Shown: positions 20,514 to 32,196, counted from the stretch's first letter. The stretch is 64,000 nucleotides of DNA from Rhodothermales bacterium (GCA_965219915.1 OZ244794.1:1052790-1116789), one strand, 5' to 3'. The notes: generated by a model from the sequence alone, not told the origin. Numbers and translations: made by a program.

Positions 20514-21575
20514 TCACGCATTGACGTAGTCCTTCACCTTCCATCTGATAAATTCAGCAACCAACTCAGGATAGGTATGCTCAACTACTTCCTGCGCACG
20601 ACTTATCGCTGGCCATAAGGAATCGCCTTTGGAGCCATGAATAAGGGCCATCCAGTGGGTCGGATAATAGCGCGCCAACATTCCGAGAATGAACGACACC
20701 ATGTACGTCATGCACAACTGGGAGTAACATGCACCTCCTGAAAACGGCACGGCGATGTACAAACGGCGGTGCAGTCCAAACTCCTTGTTCAAGTAGGTGT
20801 GGATGAACAAGGGCCTCGCTTTCTGTTCCGCCTCCGCATCACAACTCAGGATACACCACCTCCCTTCGGGACTCGTCGTATAGCCCTTGGAGGTGAAGTA
20901 GCAGCTTAGTTCTGCGAAGTCTCTTTTTCTTACCTTGACCCATAATCCATCCTCACTCGTATAGGATAGCTTGTTTACGAAGGCATATTGGAGCAAATCG
21001 CACACGATGGAATAGTCCTCCCCCAGGTCCGGAATCCTAGAAAACAGATCATCAACCGATATCTCTACGTTGACATCTGGAATTTCATAGCAAGTAACCA
21101 AGTGGTGAGGCGATGATGTCAAATGAAGTAATACCTCCTTATGCGTGTGCCCAACAAAATCCGAGAATAACCCACCGCACCTTTTGATCTTTAGTTGACG
21201 CAGGTTCCTCAATCCCCTCGACGTACTACCAGACATCACATTCCCCCACCCGACAGTTTTCAGTCCATGGCCTAGTGTCAGGCATTCTTCCCCGCCTTCC
21301 GCCCTGAGCAATAGAATGAGAGCCCGGCTTAAGCTGGCTACACCGTAATACGTCAATAGGGGGCGTACCGAGTAGTCTGCGTTACTCGAATTCCGAAAGT
21401 ATTCACGGGCCTGTTTGGCCGCTGCATTTATCTCGCGCGCACGACGGGAATTGAGGTCTCTTGAATGGATTCGCCTGAATCGCTGTTGCACAATATCCCG
21501 ACTTTCCAGTGACAACAGGTCATGCCGAATTCTGGGTTCCATGTTACAGGTCTTGGTGTAGTAAATGATATACAA
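20514..21575 (-). CDS. YaaC-like protein
   Basis: QAREYF...RPLLTYYG...HGL and LGMLARYYPTHW motifs. The likely start is ATG 21542. Confidence 0.75.
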   Translation of the reverse strand: MYIIYYTKTCNMEPRIRHDLLSLESRDIVQQRFRRIHSRDLNSRRAREINAAAKQAREYFRNSSNADYSVRPLLTYYGVASLSRALILLLRAEGGEECLTLGHGLKTVGWGNVMSGSTSRGLRNLRQLKIKRCGGLFSDFVGHTHKEVLLHLTSSPHHLVTCYEIPDVNVEISVDDLFSRIPDLGEDYSIVCDLLQYAFVNKLSYTSEDGLWVKVRKRDFAELSCYFTSKGYTTSPEGRWCILSCDAEAEQKARPLFIHTYLNKEFGLHRRLYIAVPFSGGACYSQLCMTYMVSFILGMLARYYPTHWMALIHGSKGDSLWPAISRAQEVVEHTYPELVAEFIRWKVKDYVNA

Positions 21576-21826
21576 TGTTACCCATCGAGATACGGAGTTT
21601 CGTGGTTTGAAAGTGCGGGAGGAGCACCAATAAGCCGAGTATCAAACATTAGTTACGGCCTTGCCAGGGTATGGGTGCTGTGTAATCTAAGGAAACCGAC
21701 CATTCCTTTTCCATCTAAATACTTAGTTTGGTAATTATTGGAACCCTGTTTTACCCCTTGACGTTGTGGAATCCAGCGTGCCATTTCGCCCCTTTGAGCT
21801 CTCTCCCCACCAAGTCCCAGGATATG

Positions 21827-23479
21827 ATGTGCCATGAGCATGAGGTGATATGGTGTGAGATGTTACTGAATGCGTAACTGGGTGTGGGATGGATGGAGGC
21901 CCTCCGTAGTCGCTGTTCAGGCGGAGGCTACAAACCACCCACTGCTACTGAGTTCAAAAGGCTTGGTAGTGAGCGAGTTGGGGAGCGCCAGGCTAACTGG
22001 TAGAATGTAGCAGGTAGGAGTCCCGTAGTATAAAGATGAATCCAATCATATACTTTCCCGAGTCCTGCGTGTATACCCGTGAGGGTATGGGCGAAGCGTG
22101 GACAGGGGCGCATGTGGACAGAGCTATTGAGCATCGAAATCGCCGTAATCTGAATCGCCGAGGCTGTCCCAACGGTCGAAGGCAACACGTGGTACAACGC
22201 TATGGTGAGAGGGGCCACGGGTTCACGGTGTCTAAGAACTCTGGTACGCATGTACGCATGTTACTGGAACCTGGGAGGTCTCTATCTTGCCCTGTGGTCG
22301 CACAGGGACGCGCAGGGAAGGCGGAAGACGTCGACGCCTACGATTCACGGGATGGAGAAGTCAGATGAGACCATACTAGTAATGATAACTGCGAACACGG
22401 GGCAACCTGCGGAGTAGGAGGAGTGAAGGGCCTCACCCAAGGGGAAGGCGCAAAGTCCTACCACACACTACGCGCAGAAGTGGGCTCGTGTGTCCCAGGG
22501 GGTCGAGCGTCTACGGCAGCAGGTGGAGCGGAATCCAAAGGAGAAACTCACAACGTTGCTACACCACATCAACGAAGACTCTCTGAAAGCAGTGTACTAC
22601 GCAATCAAGCGGGACGCAGCCCCAGGGGTAGACGGAGTGACGTGGAAGGCGTATGGCGAAGACATTGACCGCAACATCGCAGATTTATGCACGCGCGTAC
22701 ACCGTGGCTCGTATCGGGCGGCTCCCTCACGGCGGGTAGACATACCTAAACCAGACGGGAGCAAACGACCGCTCGGGATCGCAACACTGGAAGACAAGAT
22801 CGTCCAGTGCGCGATGGTGAAGTGCATTATTGAACCCATCTATGAGCATGAGTTTGCGGATTTCAGCTATGGATTCATAGCGAAGCGCGGTGCGCATGAT
22901 GCTCTGGACGCAATCGCGTACGTGATCGAACGCAAGAAGATAAACTTCGTGGTGGATGCGGATATACGCAAGTTCTTCGACATGGTGGAGCAGGAACGGC
23001 TGATTCGATTCCTGGAACATCGAATTGCGGACAAGCGGGTATTACGCGTGATCAAGAAGTGGCTTCAAGCGGGGGTAATGCAGGAAGGAGTTTGGCAGGC
23101 AAGTGAAGTGGGAACCCCGCAAGGCGCGGTCACTTCACCGATACTGGCGAACATCTACTTGCATTACGTGCTGGATTTGTGGTACAATCGCCAGCGCAAA
23201 ACGCGGCGCGACGGAGGGGACTCGGGGATCGTCCGGTATGCGGACAATTTTGTGGTTGGATTTCAGTACAAGAGGGAGGCGGATCGTTCTCTACGAGACC
23301 TATGGACGAGACTCGATAAGTTCGGGTTGAGTCTACACCCCGACAAAACCCGTCTGATTGAATTTGGGCGGTATGCGGAGCAAAATCGGAGAAAACGCGG
23401 AGAGGGGCGACTAGCCACCTTTGACTTCTTGGGATTTACGCACTATTGCCGTAAGACCCGAAGCGGGATGCAAGCGTAA
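21827..23479 (+). mobile_element. Group II intron (bacterial class D/E-like), 3'-truncated
   Basis: 5' RNA resembles RmInt1-type domain I by recollection (GGCCCTCCG...TTCAGG...CAAACCA...GTGAGCG). The 5' end is estimated at ATGTGCC 21827. It contains an RT ORF but no domain V. Confidence 0.75.
22490..23479 (+). pseudogene. ltrA: Group II intron reverse transcriptase, truncated, YADD changed to YADN
   Basis: AAPGVDG, IPKPDGSKRPLGI, DADIRKFFD, GTPQG, RYADNF and FDFLGF motifs. The maturase domain is lost. Confidence 0.9.
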
Positions 23480-24219
23480 CGCGAAGGGGCATACGCAACG
23501 ATGGACGGGCTATAAGCTACGCATGGATACGGCGGACGGTGAGGTTCCGATCAGCTGTTTGGTCACGTCTGCCTCGTTGCATGATAGTCAGGCCGCTATT
23601 GCCTTAGCGAGCTTGACGCAGCGGCGGGTGGACAACTGTTACGATCTCATGGACAGCGTCTATGATGCTAAGGAGATTGCCGCACATCGGAGAGCCTCGG
23701 GGCGTGAACCGATTATCGACCCGAATCCGCGCAAGAAAAAAGCAGCGGATTGCCGCGAGCAAAAGGCGCAACGTAATGCCAGATTCATTCCTGCTGACCG
23801 GGTTCGCTACCGGGAACGTCCACCGTGGAGCGGGCCTTTGGGCGGCTCAAGGATGAGTTCGGTGGACACAATATCCGGGTCCGTGGGCACGAGAGAGTCC
23901 TGTGCCATCTGATGTTCAGCGTGGTGGTACTCACGGTGGACCAAATGCTACGGATGGTCCAGTGAACCGGACCATCCAGCACCGCATGCAGAATTTGGGC
24001 GCTCCGAAACACAGCAGCCGTGGGATGGGTGCGTGAAATCTACACGGATCGCGGACGAATATTCACCAAACAGAGGCCTCCGTGGAAGCAAAGCACCTGT
24101 CGACTCGAAAAAAAGGCGAACCCCTGCCGATGATTCAAGTAATCCAACTAAATTGAACACGTTAAGCCGCAAAGTTATCGGGGTCAGAAGGCGAGAATAC
24201 GGAATTTTGAAAGAGGCTC
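23475..24219 (+). mobile_element. IS5/IS1182-like DDE transposase 3' remnant with right end
   Basis: WTGYKL...VTSASLHDSQ...LMDSVYD, frameshifted. Terminal-like TTTTGAAAGAGGCTC at about 24205-24219. Confidence 0.7.
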
Positions 24220-24346
24220 TTACAGATAAAGAATATGAAAGAACATGAAGTTAACGGAAAAACAATTGAAATTTTGCTATCCTAGTGGGCGGTGGCTGCC
24301 CATAGCGGTGCGGTGGTCGGCTAACTAGGACATATTCACAAGGCGA

Positions 24347-26809
24347 GTGTGGTGTATGAGTATGAGTAAAGCCTACTGGAGCATTCCTGTTCTACTATTG
24401 GCCTTGACCGCCCAAGCGCAGCAGCCGGCTCGCATCATGCAGGAGTCCCCATGGGTGCTCAATTCGCTCTCTTCGCCCTCACTTCGCCCCATTCAGGCCT
24501 ATTGGGATCCTCAAGAGGGTGCACACTTCATTGATCTGGTTGCAGTGTTTTCAGAAGCGCACTTGGTCGTGGATACTAATCAGACCGTGATCAGGGCCCG
24601 CAGCAGCCGTGCGATTTACGAAGTGGATTTTGACCGGGGCACCATCCTACGACAGTTTGACGATGAGCCACAGCAGGAGGACACACTGATCACCGGCGGC
24701 TATTACCGCAGTGCCGACCACTTTCTATTGACACCCCTCAATCTTGAACGGGTATTCCCTGAAGGAACGTTGACCTACGATCAAGATCGACTCAGTCTCC
24801 GACTCTCTCAGGAGTTGTTTGCCGACGTATTTCGCCCCCAGGTCATCGCCCCGACGCTCGCAATCGGTCCCATGCTTTATGGAAGAAACCGGCGTCTGAT
24901 CGGCGGTGCTCAATTTGGCTATCGGGTCAATCGCATGCAGCGCTCGGCACGTGGCACGGACTATACCGGATTTCTGAGTATGCGTGCAAGTGCCCTCTGG
25001 GGACAAATCCGCGCCGACGGCACGGCCACCTATTCCGGTGCGACCACCCTGAGACAGTTTAGTTATCTGCTTGATTTTCCGCGCTCGGCCTATCTGACTC
25101 AGATCAGTCTGGGCCGATCCAGCGTGAATCAGTGGCCCGCACGTCAGGATTACGAGGGGGTGCGGATGAGCAACCGCCCCCTCTCTACGCGCCATCAGCA
25201 GCGAGAGGCACAACTGGTTGGAGTCGCGGAGCCGAACGCATTGGTGTCTGCTCTTGTGGGCGGGGTAGTTGCCGACCGTGTCCAGGCAGATGGGCAAGGA
25301 CGCTACCGACTCACCATTCCTGCTTACTACGGAACCTCCCGCGCCGATTTGGAAATCGTCCCTGCTGGTGGCGGCCCCCCTATCCGGCAAACCCGCTTCC
25401 TGTTGATTACCGAGGACCTTCTGCCCGCTGGCACTCTTTACTGGGACCTGCAGGCCGGACGTAACCAATTCGACCAATCCGCCTATGGGCATCTTCGCGT
25501 TGACTACGGTCTATCTAAGAGACTGACCACACTCGGTAGCTACACCCGGGTGGACACGCTGCAGACAGCCACCGTAGGCTTGGTAAGCAATCTTGCCGAT
25601 GCTGCTATGTTCAGCTTGGAAGTTGCCTATCCGTCCTCTGCGGCTCGGGCGACGTTGCAGTTGTTTCGTGACCGATTTCAGTTCCAGGGGGAGGGTGCTA
25701 TCGCGACCGAACCAGGACTGAATTACTATCGACAGCGCTTTGTGGGACGAGCCGGTTGGAATGTTGGAGGTCTTAGCCTGTTTCTCAACGGAACCCGCTA
25801 TGAATCCTTTAGCGGCAGTAATTACACACGTGTAGACGGATCCGGGACTCTCCGGCTGTCACGGCAGATCAGCCTGACCTTTGCCGCCGGTCCTGGAATC
25901 ACCCGACTCGGTCCTGACGCGCCGACGGACACGCGAGTGGAGTGGCGCACCTCACTCACCCGATATATCCGGCCAAAAGGACTTCGAGGTCGAATCGGCT
26001 TCCAAGCTCAAGGTGGACGCTACGAATCGGTAGACTTTTCAGGCATGACCCTCTATGCTTCCTATCGATCTCTGTCGTTCGGGTCCCGTGTCGGGTATGA
26101 CTTCCCGGCCCAGGGTATGAATGCCTCGTTTTCAATTCGCATGAATGCCCCGTGGGCAAGCTTCTCAAGCCATACTGCGCTGGAGTCCGATAATCCCTAC
26201 AACCAGCAAAGTCTCTACGGCTCTATGACCCTCAGCCGCGGATTACTTTTTTCTAGGCATTCCCAAGTGTGGAGCAGCGCACTGTTCCGTCCTTTTATGG
26301 ATACTGACCGTGACGGGACGCGGGATCCCGGTGAAATCCCCTTGGATGGCCTCGAGCTCAATGTAGTGCGAGCACGGACCGAACGCGACGCATCGGGTAC
26401 TTTGCGGGCAGACTTTCTAGCACCCAGCACTCAATACCAAGTCGTAATTGATCCCCGCTCCATTAAGGGCCCCGAACTGGATCTGCCCACCGGAACTGCC
26501 TTCAGTTTTCTATCCGATCCAGGGGAAACCAAATACATTGACATCCCGGTTCATCGCAATACGATCGTGGAGGGCTCAGTGGAGAACCTGCCTCTGAGTT
26601 CCCCTACACTGGCAGTGGTACTCTTCTTTCAGGGGGAATCCGAAGTGCTCAGGGCAGCGGTTTCGCAGCAGGGACGGTTCACCGCACTGCTTCCGCCTGG
26701 GACCTATCGCGTTGAACTCTTGGATCTGCTCGGGCAGGAAGATCTTACCGACTATACCCGAATCTTGGATGTGCAACCTGTCCAGACCCAATCACTTGAA
26801 ATTCGTTAA
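24347..26809 (+). CDS. Divergent fimbrial usher-like outer-membrane protein (copy A)
   Basis: Signal peptide, amphipathic beta-strands, SNRPL...RVQADGQGRY...YG plug-like region, DTDRDG motif and C-terminal Ig/carboxypeptidase-regulatory-like domains. Collinear with 60518-62827. Confidence 0.7.
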   Translation: MWCMSMSKAYWSIPVLLLALTAQAQQPARIMQESPWVLNSLSSPSLRPIQAYWDPQEGAHFIDLVAVFSEAHLVVDTNQTVIRARSSRAIYEVDFDRGTILRQFDDEPQQEDTLITGGYYRSADHFLLTPLNLERVFPEGTLTYDQDRLSLRLSQELFADVFRPQVIAPTLAIGPMLYGRNRRLIGGAQFGYRVNRMQRSARGTDYTGFLSMRASALWGQIRADGTATYSGATTLRQFSYLLDFPRSAYLTQISLGRSSVNQWPARQDYEGVRMSNRPLSTRHQQREAQLVGVAEPNALVSALVGGVVADRVQADGQGRYRLTIPAYYGTSRADLEIVPAGGGPPIRQTRFLLITEDLLPAGTLYWDLQAGRNQFDQSAYGHLRVDYGLSKRLTTLGSYTRVDTLQTATVGLVSNLADAAMFSLEVAYPSSAARATLQLFRDRFQFQGEGAIATEPGLNYYRQRFVGRAGWNVGGLSLFLNGTRYESFSGSNYTRVDGSGTLRLSRQISLTFAAGPGITRLGPDAPTDTRVEWRTSLTRYIRPKGLRGRIGFQAQGGRYESVDFSGMTLYASYRSLSFGSRVGYDFPAQGMNASFSIRMNAPWASFSSHTALESDNPYNQQSLYGSMTLSRGLLFSRHSQVWSSALFRPFMDTDRDGTRDPGEIPLDGLELNVVRARTERDASGTLRADFLAPSTQYQVVIDPRSIKGPELDLPTGTAFSFLSDPGETKYIDIPVHRNTIVEGSVENLPLSSPTLAVVLFFQGESEVLRAAVSQQGRFTALLPPGTYRVELLDLLGQEDLTDYTRILDVQPVQTQSLEIR

Positions 26810-26829
26810 ATCTCAACTATTCTTCTCTG

Positions 26830-27525
26830 ATGCTCCATTTATTGATCGCCACGCAGACTGCCACGTCGCCGACTTCCGGACAGGCTGTTGATGAATCCAT
26901 TCTCCCCACTTCTTTTTGGGATATGGTCCAGTATGCGCAGGGCTTTGAGTGGCCGTTGGGAGCCCTGTTTCTGGTCGGCCTTTTTCTCTTGACCTCCGCT
27001 TATGTGCGGTACTTCCGGCAGTGGCGTGGAAGTAATGCCATGCTGAAAATTGAGACCAAGAGTATTTCTGCGGAGGGATTTTCGAATGCGATTGGCCAGA
27101 GCAAAACCCCAAACCCTTTTGTTACGACTGGGAATTTAATTCTGGAGGAATTCCAGCGCGGGGGATCGGCCCAGGCAATGGTTGACTATGCGTCCCAGTT
27201 CATTGAGTTGGATCACAAAAAGTACAAGGAAACCGAGCGCTACATCGTGGCCGCGGTTTACATTGCGCTGTCTATTGGCCTGCTCGGAACCCTGTTCGGG
27301 ATCTTCGTGCTGTTCATGACCGGCAGCCGTCATGGTGCATCCGATCTGGTCGGTTTGGGGATAGCAGTGGTCTCCACCATGCTAGCTCTGGTCGTTCGCC
27401 TGATCCTCTGGCCCCTTAATGTCTATCTTCAGGCCCGCGTGGCCAAGCGCTATGATACTCTGAGAAAATGGACCATTGCGTTTGCATACGCCCTGTCCGC
27501 GAATTCAAGTGTACATTCAGATTGA
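26830..27525 (+). CDS. exbB: MotA/TolQ/ExbB proton channel protein
   Basis: Three TM helices with IGLLGTLFGI and GLGIAVVST. The last codons (VHSD*) come from the IS21 left end. Confidence 0.85.
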   Translation: MLHLLIATQTATSPTSGQAVDESILPTSFWDMVQYAQGFEWPLGALFLVGLFLLTSAYVRYFRQWRGSNAMLKIETKSISAEGFSNAIGQSKTPNPFVTTGNLILEEFQRGGSAQAMVDYASQFIELDHKKYKETERYIVAAVYIALSIGLLGTLFGIFVLFMTGSRHGASDLVGLGIAVVSTMLALVVRLILWPLNVYLQARVAKRYDTLRKWTIAFAYALSANSSVHSD

Positions 27526-27659
27526 TGTTGCCCACTTGGGTTAGACTGAACCTCGGTTGATTTTCGGTGCAATTTTGAGCTGAGATTCGAGGCGGGATTT
27601 GTTGTTGGAGCGGAACTTATTTCCCGGCATTTGTGGCTCCGGATTAAACAGAGCTACCT

Positions 27660-29236
27660 ATGCCCCAACAACGAATATGCATGAAAACCATTCGAGATGT
27701 GCTGCATCATTATTACGGTGATCGGTGCAGTCAACGTCAAACGGCGGTCCACCTGGGTCTTTCCCCTGGAACGGTTCGCAATTATCTTCGCCGTGCTGCG
27801 GAGGCGGGGATATCCTGGCCGCTGCCCTGGTCTCCCCTCGCCTGCGGGGCTGGAAGCCTTGCTGTTTCCGGCAAAGGAGTTTCCTTCTAATCGTCCTCAG
27901 CCGGACTGGACAGCGATTCATACGCAGTTGGCCCGGAAAGGGATGACCTTGGAGCGGACCTGGCACACCTACCGCCAAGCGCATCCAGATGGATATAGCT
28001 ATGGGCATTTTTGTAAGCGGTACAAGGATTGGAGCCAGAAGCATAAGGTGTCAATGCGGCTTCATCACAAAGCTGGGGTGGAGCTTTTCGTGGACTATGC
28101 CGGCAAAACGATTGAGCTCACGGACCCCGAAACGGGCGAGGTGAGCAAGGCCCAGATTTTTGTTGCCACCTTGGGCTGCTCCAATTACACCTATGTGGAG
28201 GCGACGCCAGATCAAAAGATTCGTAGCTGAATCGGGGTGCATGCCCGGGCGATGGCATTTTTTGGCGCGGTGCCTGCGATCATTGTCTGCGACAATTTGA
28301 AAGCCGCCGTCGTAAGCGCGGATCGCAAGTCTCCCCAGATTCAGCGCACCTATCTCGAATTTGCCCATCACTATGACGCCAAGATTTCTCCTGCTCGCGT
28401 TTAAAAACCTCAGGATAAAAGCCTTGTCGAGCTAGGAGTGAAATTTGCGTCGTCGCGGATTTTGGCCCCGCTAAAGTCCCAACAATTCTTTAGCATTGCG
28501 GAGCTCAATGAAGCCATTGCTCCTTTATTGGAGCAGTTGAACGAGGTGCCCTTTCAGAAGAAAATAGGCACACGCCGGAGTCAGTTTGAAGAACTGGATC
28601 GGCCAGCCATGCGCCCGCTTCCAGAAACGCCGTATGAATTCCGGGAATGGAAGACGCTGAAAGTGAATATCGATTACCATGTTCAGGCCAACTTTGCCTT
28701 TTACAGCGTGCACTACCGCTTGGTTGGCAAGAAAATGGACGTGTGTATCGGCGAAAACCTGGTCAAATGCTACTACAAGAACGAATTGGAGGCCATACTC
28801 CCGCGAATTAAAACCAAAGGGGGGCTTTAGCACCCATACAGATCACATGCCAAAAAGACATCGTCGTTATTGCGATCGTGAACGTTTGCTAGCGCGTGCG
28901 CGTGCCATAGGTCCAGAAACCGAGAGCTTGGTCCAGCAACTGCTGGGGCGCCGCTCACACTAGGAACAGAAATTCCGGGCACTCCTGGGCATCGTTGGAC
29001 TCGAGGACCGCTTTGGTACGGAGCGCTTGGAGACTGCATGCCGCCTCGCGTTGTCGCTGGGGCCACGCGCACACAACCATCCAACCGTGTCCTCCATTCT
29101 TCAAAAAGAACGGGACCTCCTGTTTGAACCCGCCCCCAGTACGCCACAAATCCTGCATGACAATCTTCGGGGCGGAGATAATTATGCATCCAACCCCAAA
29201 AACGCATCCAACAATGCCACATCATCCAATCCTTGA
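27660..29236 (+). pseudogene. istA: IS21 transposase IstA, multiple stops and frameshifts
   Basis: YSYGHFC, LFVDYAG, VCDNLKAAV, DYHVQ...FYSV and HDNLRG pieces spread over several frames. Confidence 0.9.
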
Positions 29237-29948
29237 TCAACTCGAAGCACTCCGCTTTCACGGAGTGGCCCGTGCGCTGCGCAAGCAGTTGGCGCAGCCC
29301 GATATCAACCGCTTATCCTTTCTGGAGCGCCTGATACTCCTGCTCGATTGCGAAACCAGCGACCGGGAAAACAGAGCCCTGAACATGCGCCTTCGTCGGG
29401 CCAAACTGCACCAGATCGCCTGCACGGAAGACATTGATTACCGGACGCCGCGCGGACTCAGCCAGCAAAAAATGCCACAACTGGCCAATTGTGACTGGAT
29501 CCGTCGTCACCTCAATGTGGTCCTGACGGGGCCCACAGGACCCGGTAAAAGCTACCTGGCCTGCGCACTGGCCCACAAAGCCTGTCTGGAAGGCTTCAAC
29601 GTATGCTATCACTGCTTGCCTCGACTCCTTCAAGAATTAAGCATTGCCCGGGTTGATGGTCGATATCTGAAAGTCCTGAACAAACTCAAAAAACTGGATG
29701 TCCTCGTGCTGGACGATTGGGGGCGCAGTCCGCTGACCCAAACGCAACAAGAAGATCTCTTCCAGATCCTGGATGATCGAATCCAGAAACGCTCAACCAT
29801 TGCCACAAGCCAGTTACCTGTCGAACACTGGCACCAGTCCATGGCGAATCCCACGATCACAGATGCCATCCTGGATCGACTCGTACAACCCGCCTATCGT
29901 ATTGAACTCAGCGGCGAGTCCATGAGAAAACAACACACAAACCCTTAA
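29214..29948 (+). CDS. istB: IS21 helper ATPase IstB
   Basis: GPTGPGKS, LVLDDWG, TSQLPVEHW, DAILDRL and LSGESMR motifs. Confidence 0.92.
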   Translation: MPHHPILDQLEALRFHGVARALRKQLAQPDINRLSFLERLILLLDCETSDRENRALNMRLRRAKLHQIACTEDIDYRTPRGLSQQKMPQLANCDWIRRHLNVVLTGPTGPGKSYLACALAHKACLEGFNVCYHCLPRLLQELSIARVDGRYLKVLNKLKKLDVLVLDDWGRSPLTQTQQEDLFQILDDRIQKRSTIATSQLPVEHWHQSMANPTITDAILDRLVQPAYRIELSGESMRKQHTNP

Positions 29949-30615
29949 AACCGTGGCATGAAACAACAACGAAACACGCTCATTTGAACCCGAAACCAAA
30001 CGAAAAAACGCTCCAAATATAAATGCTGCAGCCCTGGCAGCATCAATCTGAATAGGCGGGCAATTTGACCTGAATATATATTTGTACCCGGGGCCTGCAT
30101 GGGTAAATACGCTCAGTGAAATTCAATTCAGGGTCCGGTTGCGGATATGGGATAGCTAGCCAGCGAAATAGACGCCTACGTGTAAACGTTGAGGATCTTT
30201 CCAACCCCCGGAAGGGATTTATACATCAATTGCTGCTTCTTGGTAAGTGTCATTCAGAGAATTCCGATCCCCACTAGATATCAAAGCGCTGAAGGTCCCG
30301 TCGCCCTCCTTGATAAGCTGACAGTGCGCCTCAGATGTGCGTGTCAGCAACAAATCGGCAAAAGCTCATACACCACTGACCCAACTGCAACCTTGCGAGC
30401 GGCCACAGAGCCTGGATTGAATAAGGCCCCCAGCAAAACATCGCATGGAAGCCTCCGATCGAGGTCGCAGGAGAATGGTCCTACATAGCCCTTCGCCCGT
30501 ACAATAGCGGCTGGATCACAAGTAGCGCCTCTCGAGTTTTGCAGGACAACACAGTTCACGGCCTGTGCGTTTTTGTTGTGCTACGGGTGCACAGGCCACG
30601 CCTCAATGTTCAGGA

Positions 30616-32193
30616 TCAGTTAGGGTTTTGATCGCGAATGGCCCGAAAACGGGCCAGAAAGGCCGCCGCTTTGTCATTCTTGCCCAGCCGCCGGTACAGA
30701 TTCCCAATCTCGCGCAGGTATGCCAATTGGTCCTCACGCTCAAATTCGTCAAATACCTCTTCAATCTCCGGCTCCATCTTCAATGCCTGTTCGGGGTTGT
30801 ACCGGGCCAATTTCAATGCTTCAATATAGGCTTTGCCCGTATATCTGCTTCTAGTCTCCACGACCTGCATCAGGTAGGTGAACGCACGGCCGGACTGCCC
30901 GTTCTTGTGATGTAGAAGTGCGCGCTCAAACAACCCCCCTCCATAAGCCGACCGGACATCCTCCTTGAATGCTGCATATGGCAACGGCTGCAGGGCCAGG
31001 GTGTCCCGCATACCCAATTCACGCGCTTGCCTCGGGTCAGGGGTGATGTCCCGGATCGTGTACCAGAGTATCCTTAGGGTATCCAGTGCAGCGTCTTCAA
31101 AGCCGTTACTGTGAGAAAGGACGGCATAGTTATAATTGGCCTCCCAGCGCGCAGCAGGGCGCGTTAGTGCCGGTATGAGTTTACCCAACTCCGCGATGAC
31201 CTGTAGGGGAGTATCTACGGCAACCTGCCGCAAACTGTCGAAGACAAGACGGTGGTTCAGGTTGAAGTAGTCCCATTGCGCCCATACCAACTCCTGTCGA
31301 GTGAAGTCAGTTTCTTCGGCAGAGATCGCGTACTGTCCAGCCTGCATTAGTGCACGAAAGACTCCCTCTCCGCTCCTGCTGTTGACAAACGAGCGGTACG
31401 AGCGTACACTGTAATTGAACACCCGTGCGCTGTCCACTGCTGCATCCTCAAACGAGAGCCTGGCATCGTCCAGAACCGTCTCGGCAGCCCGGAGCCACAG
31501 TGCGGCACCATCGGAAAAGCGTCCCAGTTCATCCAGTGCATGGGCCATCTCCGCCCACAGCCCATGCTCATTGGCACGAAGCAACACTAATTCCCGCAGA
31601 ATAGTCAGCACCTGCTCCCATGCCGCCTGTTCTCGGAAAGAGTTGGCCCGGATCCTATACACCTGCGCCAGCTGGTACCGCGATTCCTCGTGCCTCGGAT
31701 TGAAGAGCACCGCTTCCTCTAGCCATGTCTGTGCGCTGGCCAATAGGGCCTGCACCTGGGTACTATCCTGAGCGGCCTGAGCGTGTGCCGCTTCGGTGAG
31801 AGCATCCCGGGCCCCCTGAATCGCGTCCGCAAAGGCACTGGTGTCCACGGTCCCGCCTTCACCGAAGGAACCAAGGGCTGAGGGACCAACCACTGCGGTC
31901 AGAATGCTCTCCGCATGCGCAATCAACTGATGTCCTTCCAGAAACCGTGTCTGTGCCTGCATCTCGGCTGCCGCATGCACAAACGTGCTGTCAAAGTCGC
32001 TCAACACTTCGCTGACCACAAGTGAATCCACGCCTGGTAGCGGACCGGACACAAACGCGGTCGGTTCAGGCTCGACCTTGGGATCAGGCTCCTGTACCAC
32101 TACTGGCGCGGGCCCCGCACATCCAAACAATGCCGTGGCCAATAAGATCGGCAACACGAAGCACAGTACACATCTTCTTAGGGGTTCGGTCAT
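30616..32193 (-). CDS. TPR-like helical lipoprotein
   Basis: Lipobox LFGC and TPR-like segments (NPRHEESRYQLAQVY, YLREIGNLYRRLG). Confidence 0.75.
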   Translation of the reverse strand: MTEPLRRCVLCFVLPILLATALFGCAGPAPVVVQEPDPKVEPEPTAFVSGPLPGVDSLVVSEVLSDFDSTFVHAAAEMQAQTRFLEGHQLIAHAESILTAVVGPSALGSFGEGGTVDTSAFADAIQGARDALTEAAHAQAAQDSTQVQALLASAQTWLEEAVLFNPRHEESRYQLAQVYRIRANSFREQAAWEQVLTILRELVLLRANEHGLWAEMAHALDELGRFSDGAALWLRAAETVLDDARLSFEDAAVDSARVFNYSVRSYRSFVNSRSGEGVFRALMQAGQYAISAEETDFTRQELVWAQWDYFNLNHRLVFDSLRQVAVDTPLQVIAELGKLIPALTRPAARWEANYNYAVLSHSNGFEDAALDTLRILWYTIRDITPDPRQARELGMRDTLALQPLPYAAFKEDVRSAYGGGLFERALLHHKNGQSGRAFTYLMQVVETRSRYTGKAYIEALKLARYNPEQALKMEPEIEEVFDEFEREDQLAYLREIGNLYRRLGKNDKAAAFLARFRAIRDQNPN

Positions 32194-32196
32194 GGA

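Larger units (their letters stand above)
27510..30080 (+). mobile_element. IS21-family element (decayed)
   Basis: Left end TGTACATTCAGATTGATGTTGCC. The right end, reverse-complemented, contains ATTCAGATTGATGCTGCC. Encloses istA and istB. No obvious target duplication. Confidence 0.85.

Noticed and set aside
21827-23479. RT next to a defence island as a retron or defence RT
   Set aside because: The motifs and long 5' RNA are those of a group II intron. It is truncated and has YADN.
30081-30615. Short ORFs between IS21 and the TPR gene, possibly the displaced exbB tail
   Set aside because: No recognisable coding signal or continuity with exbB could be shown by eye.
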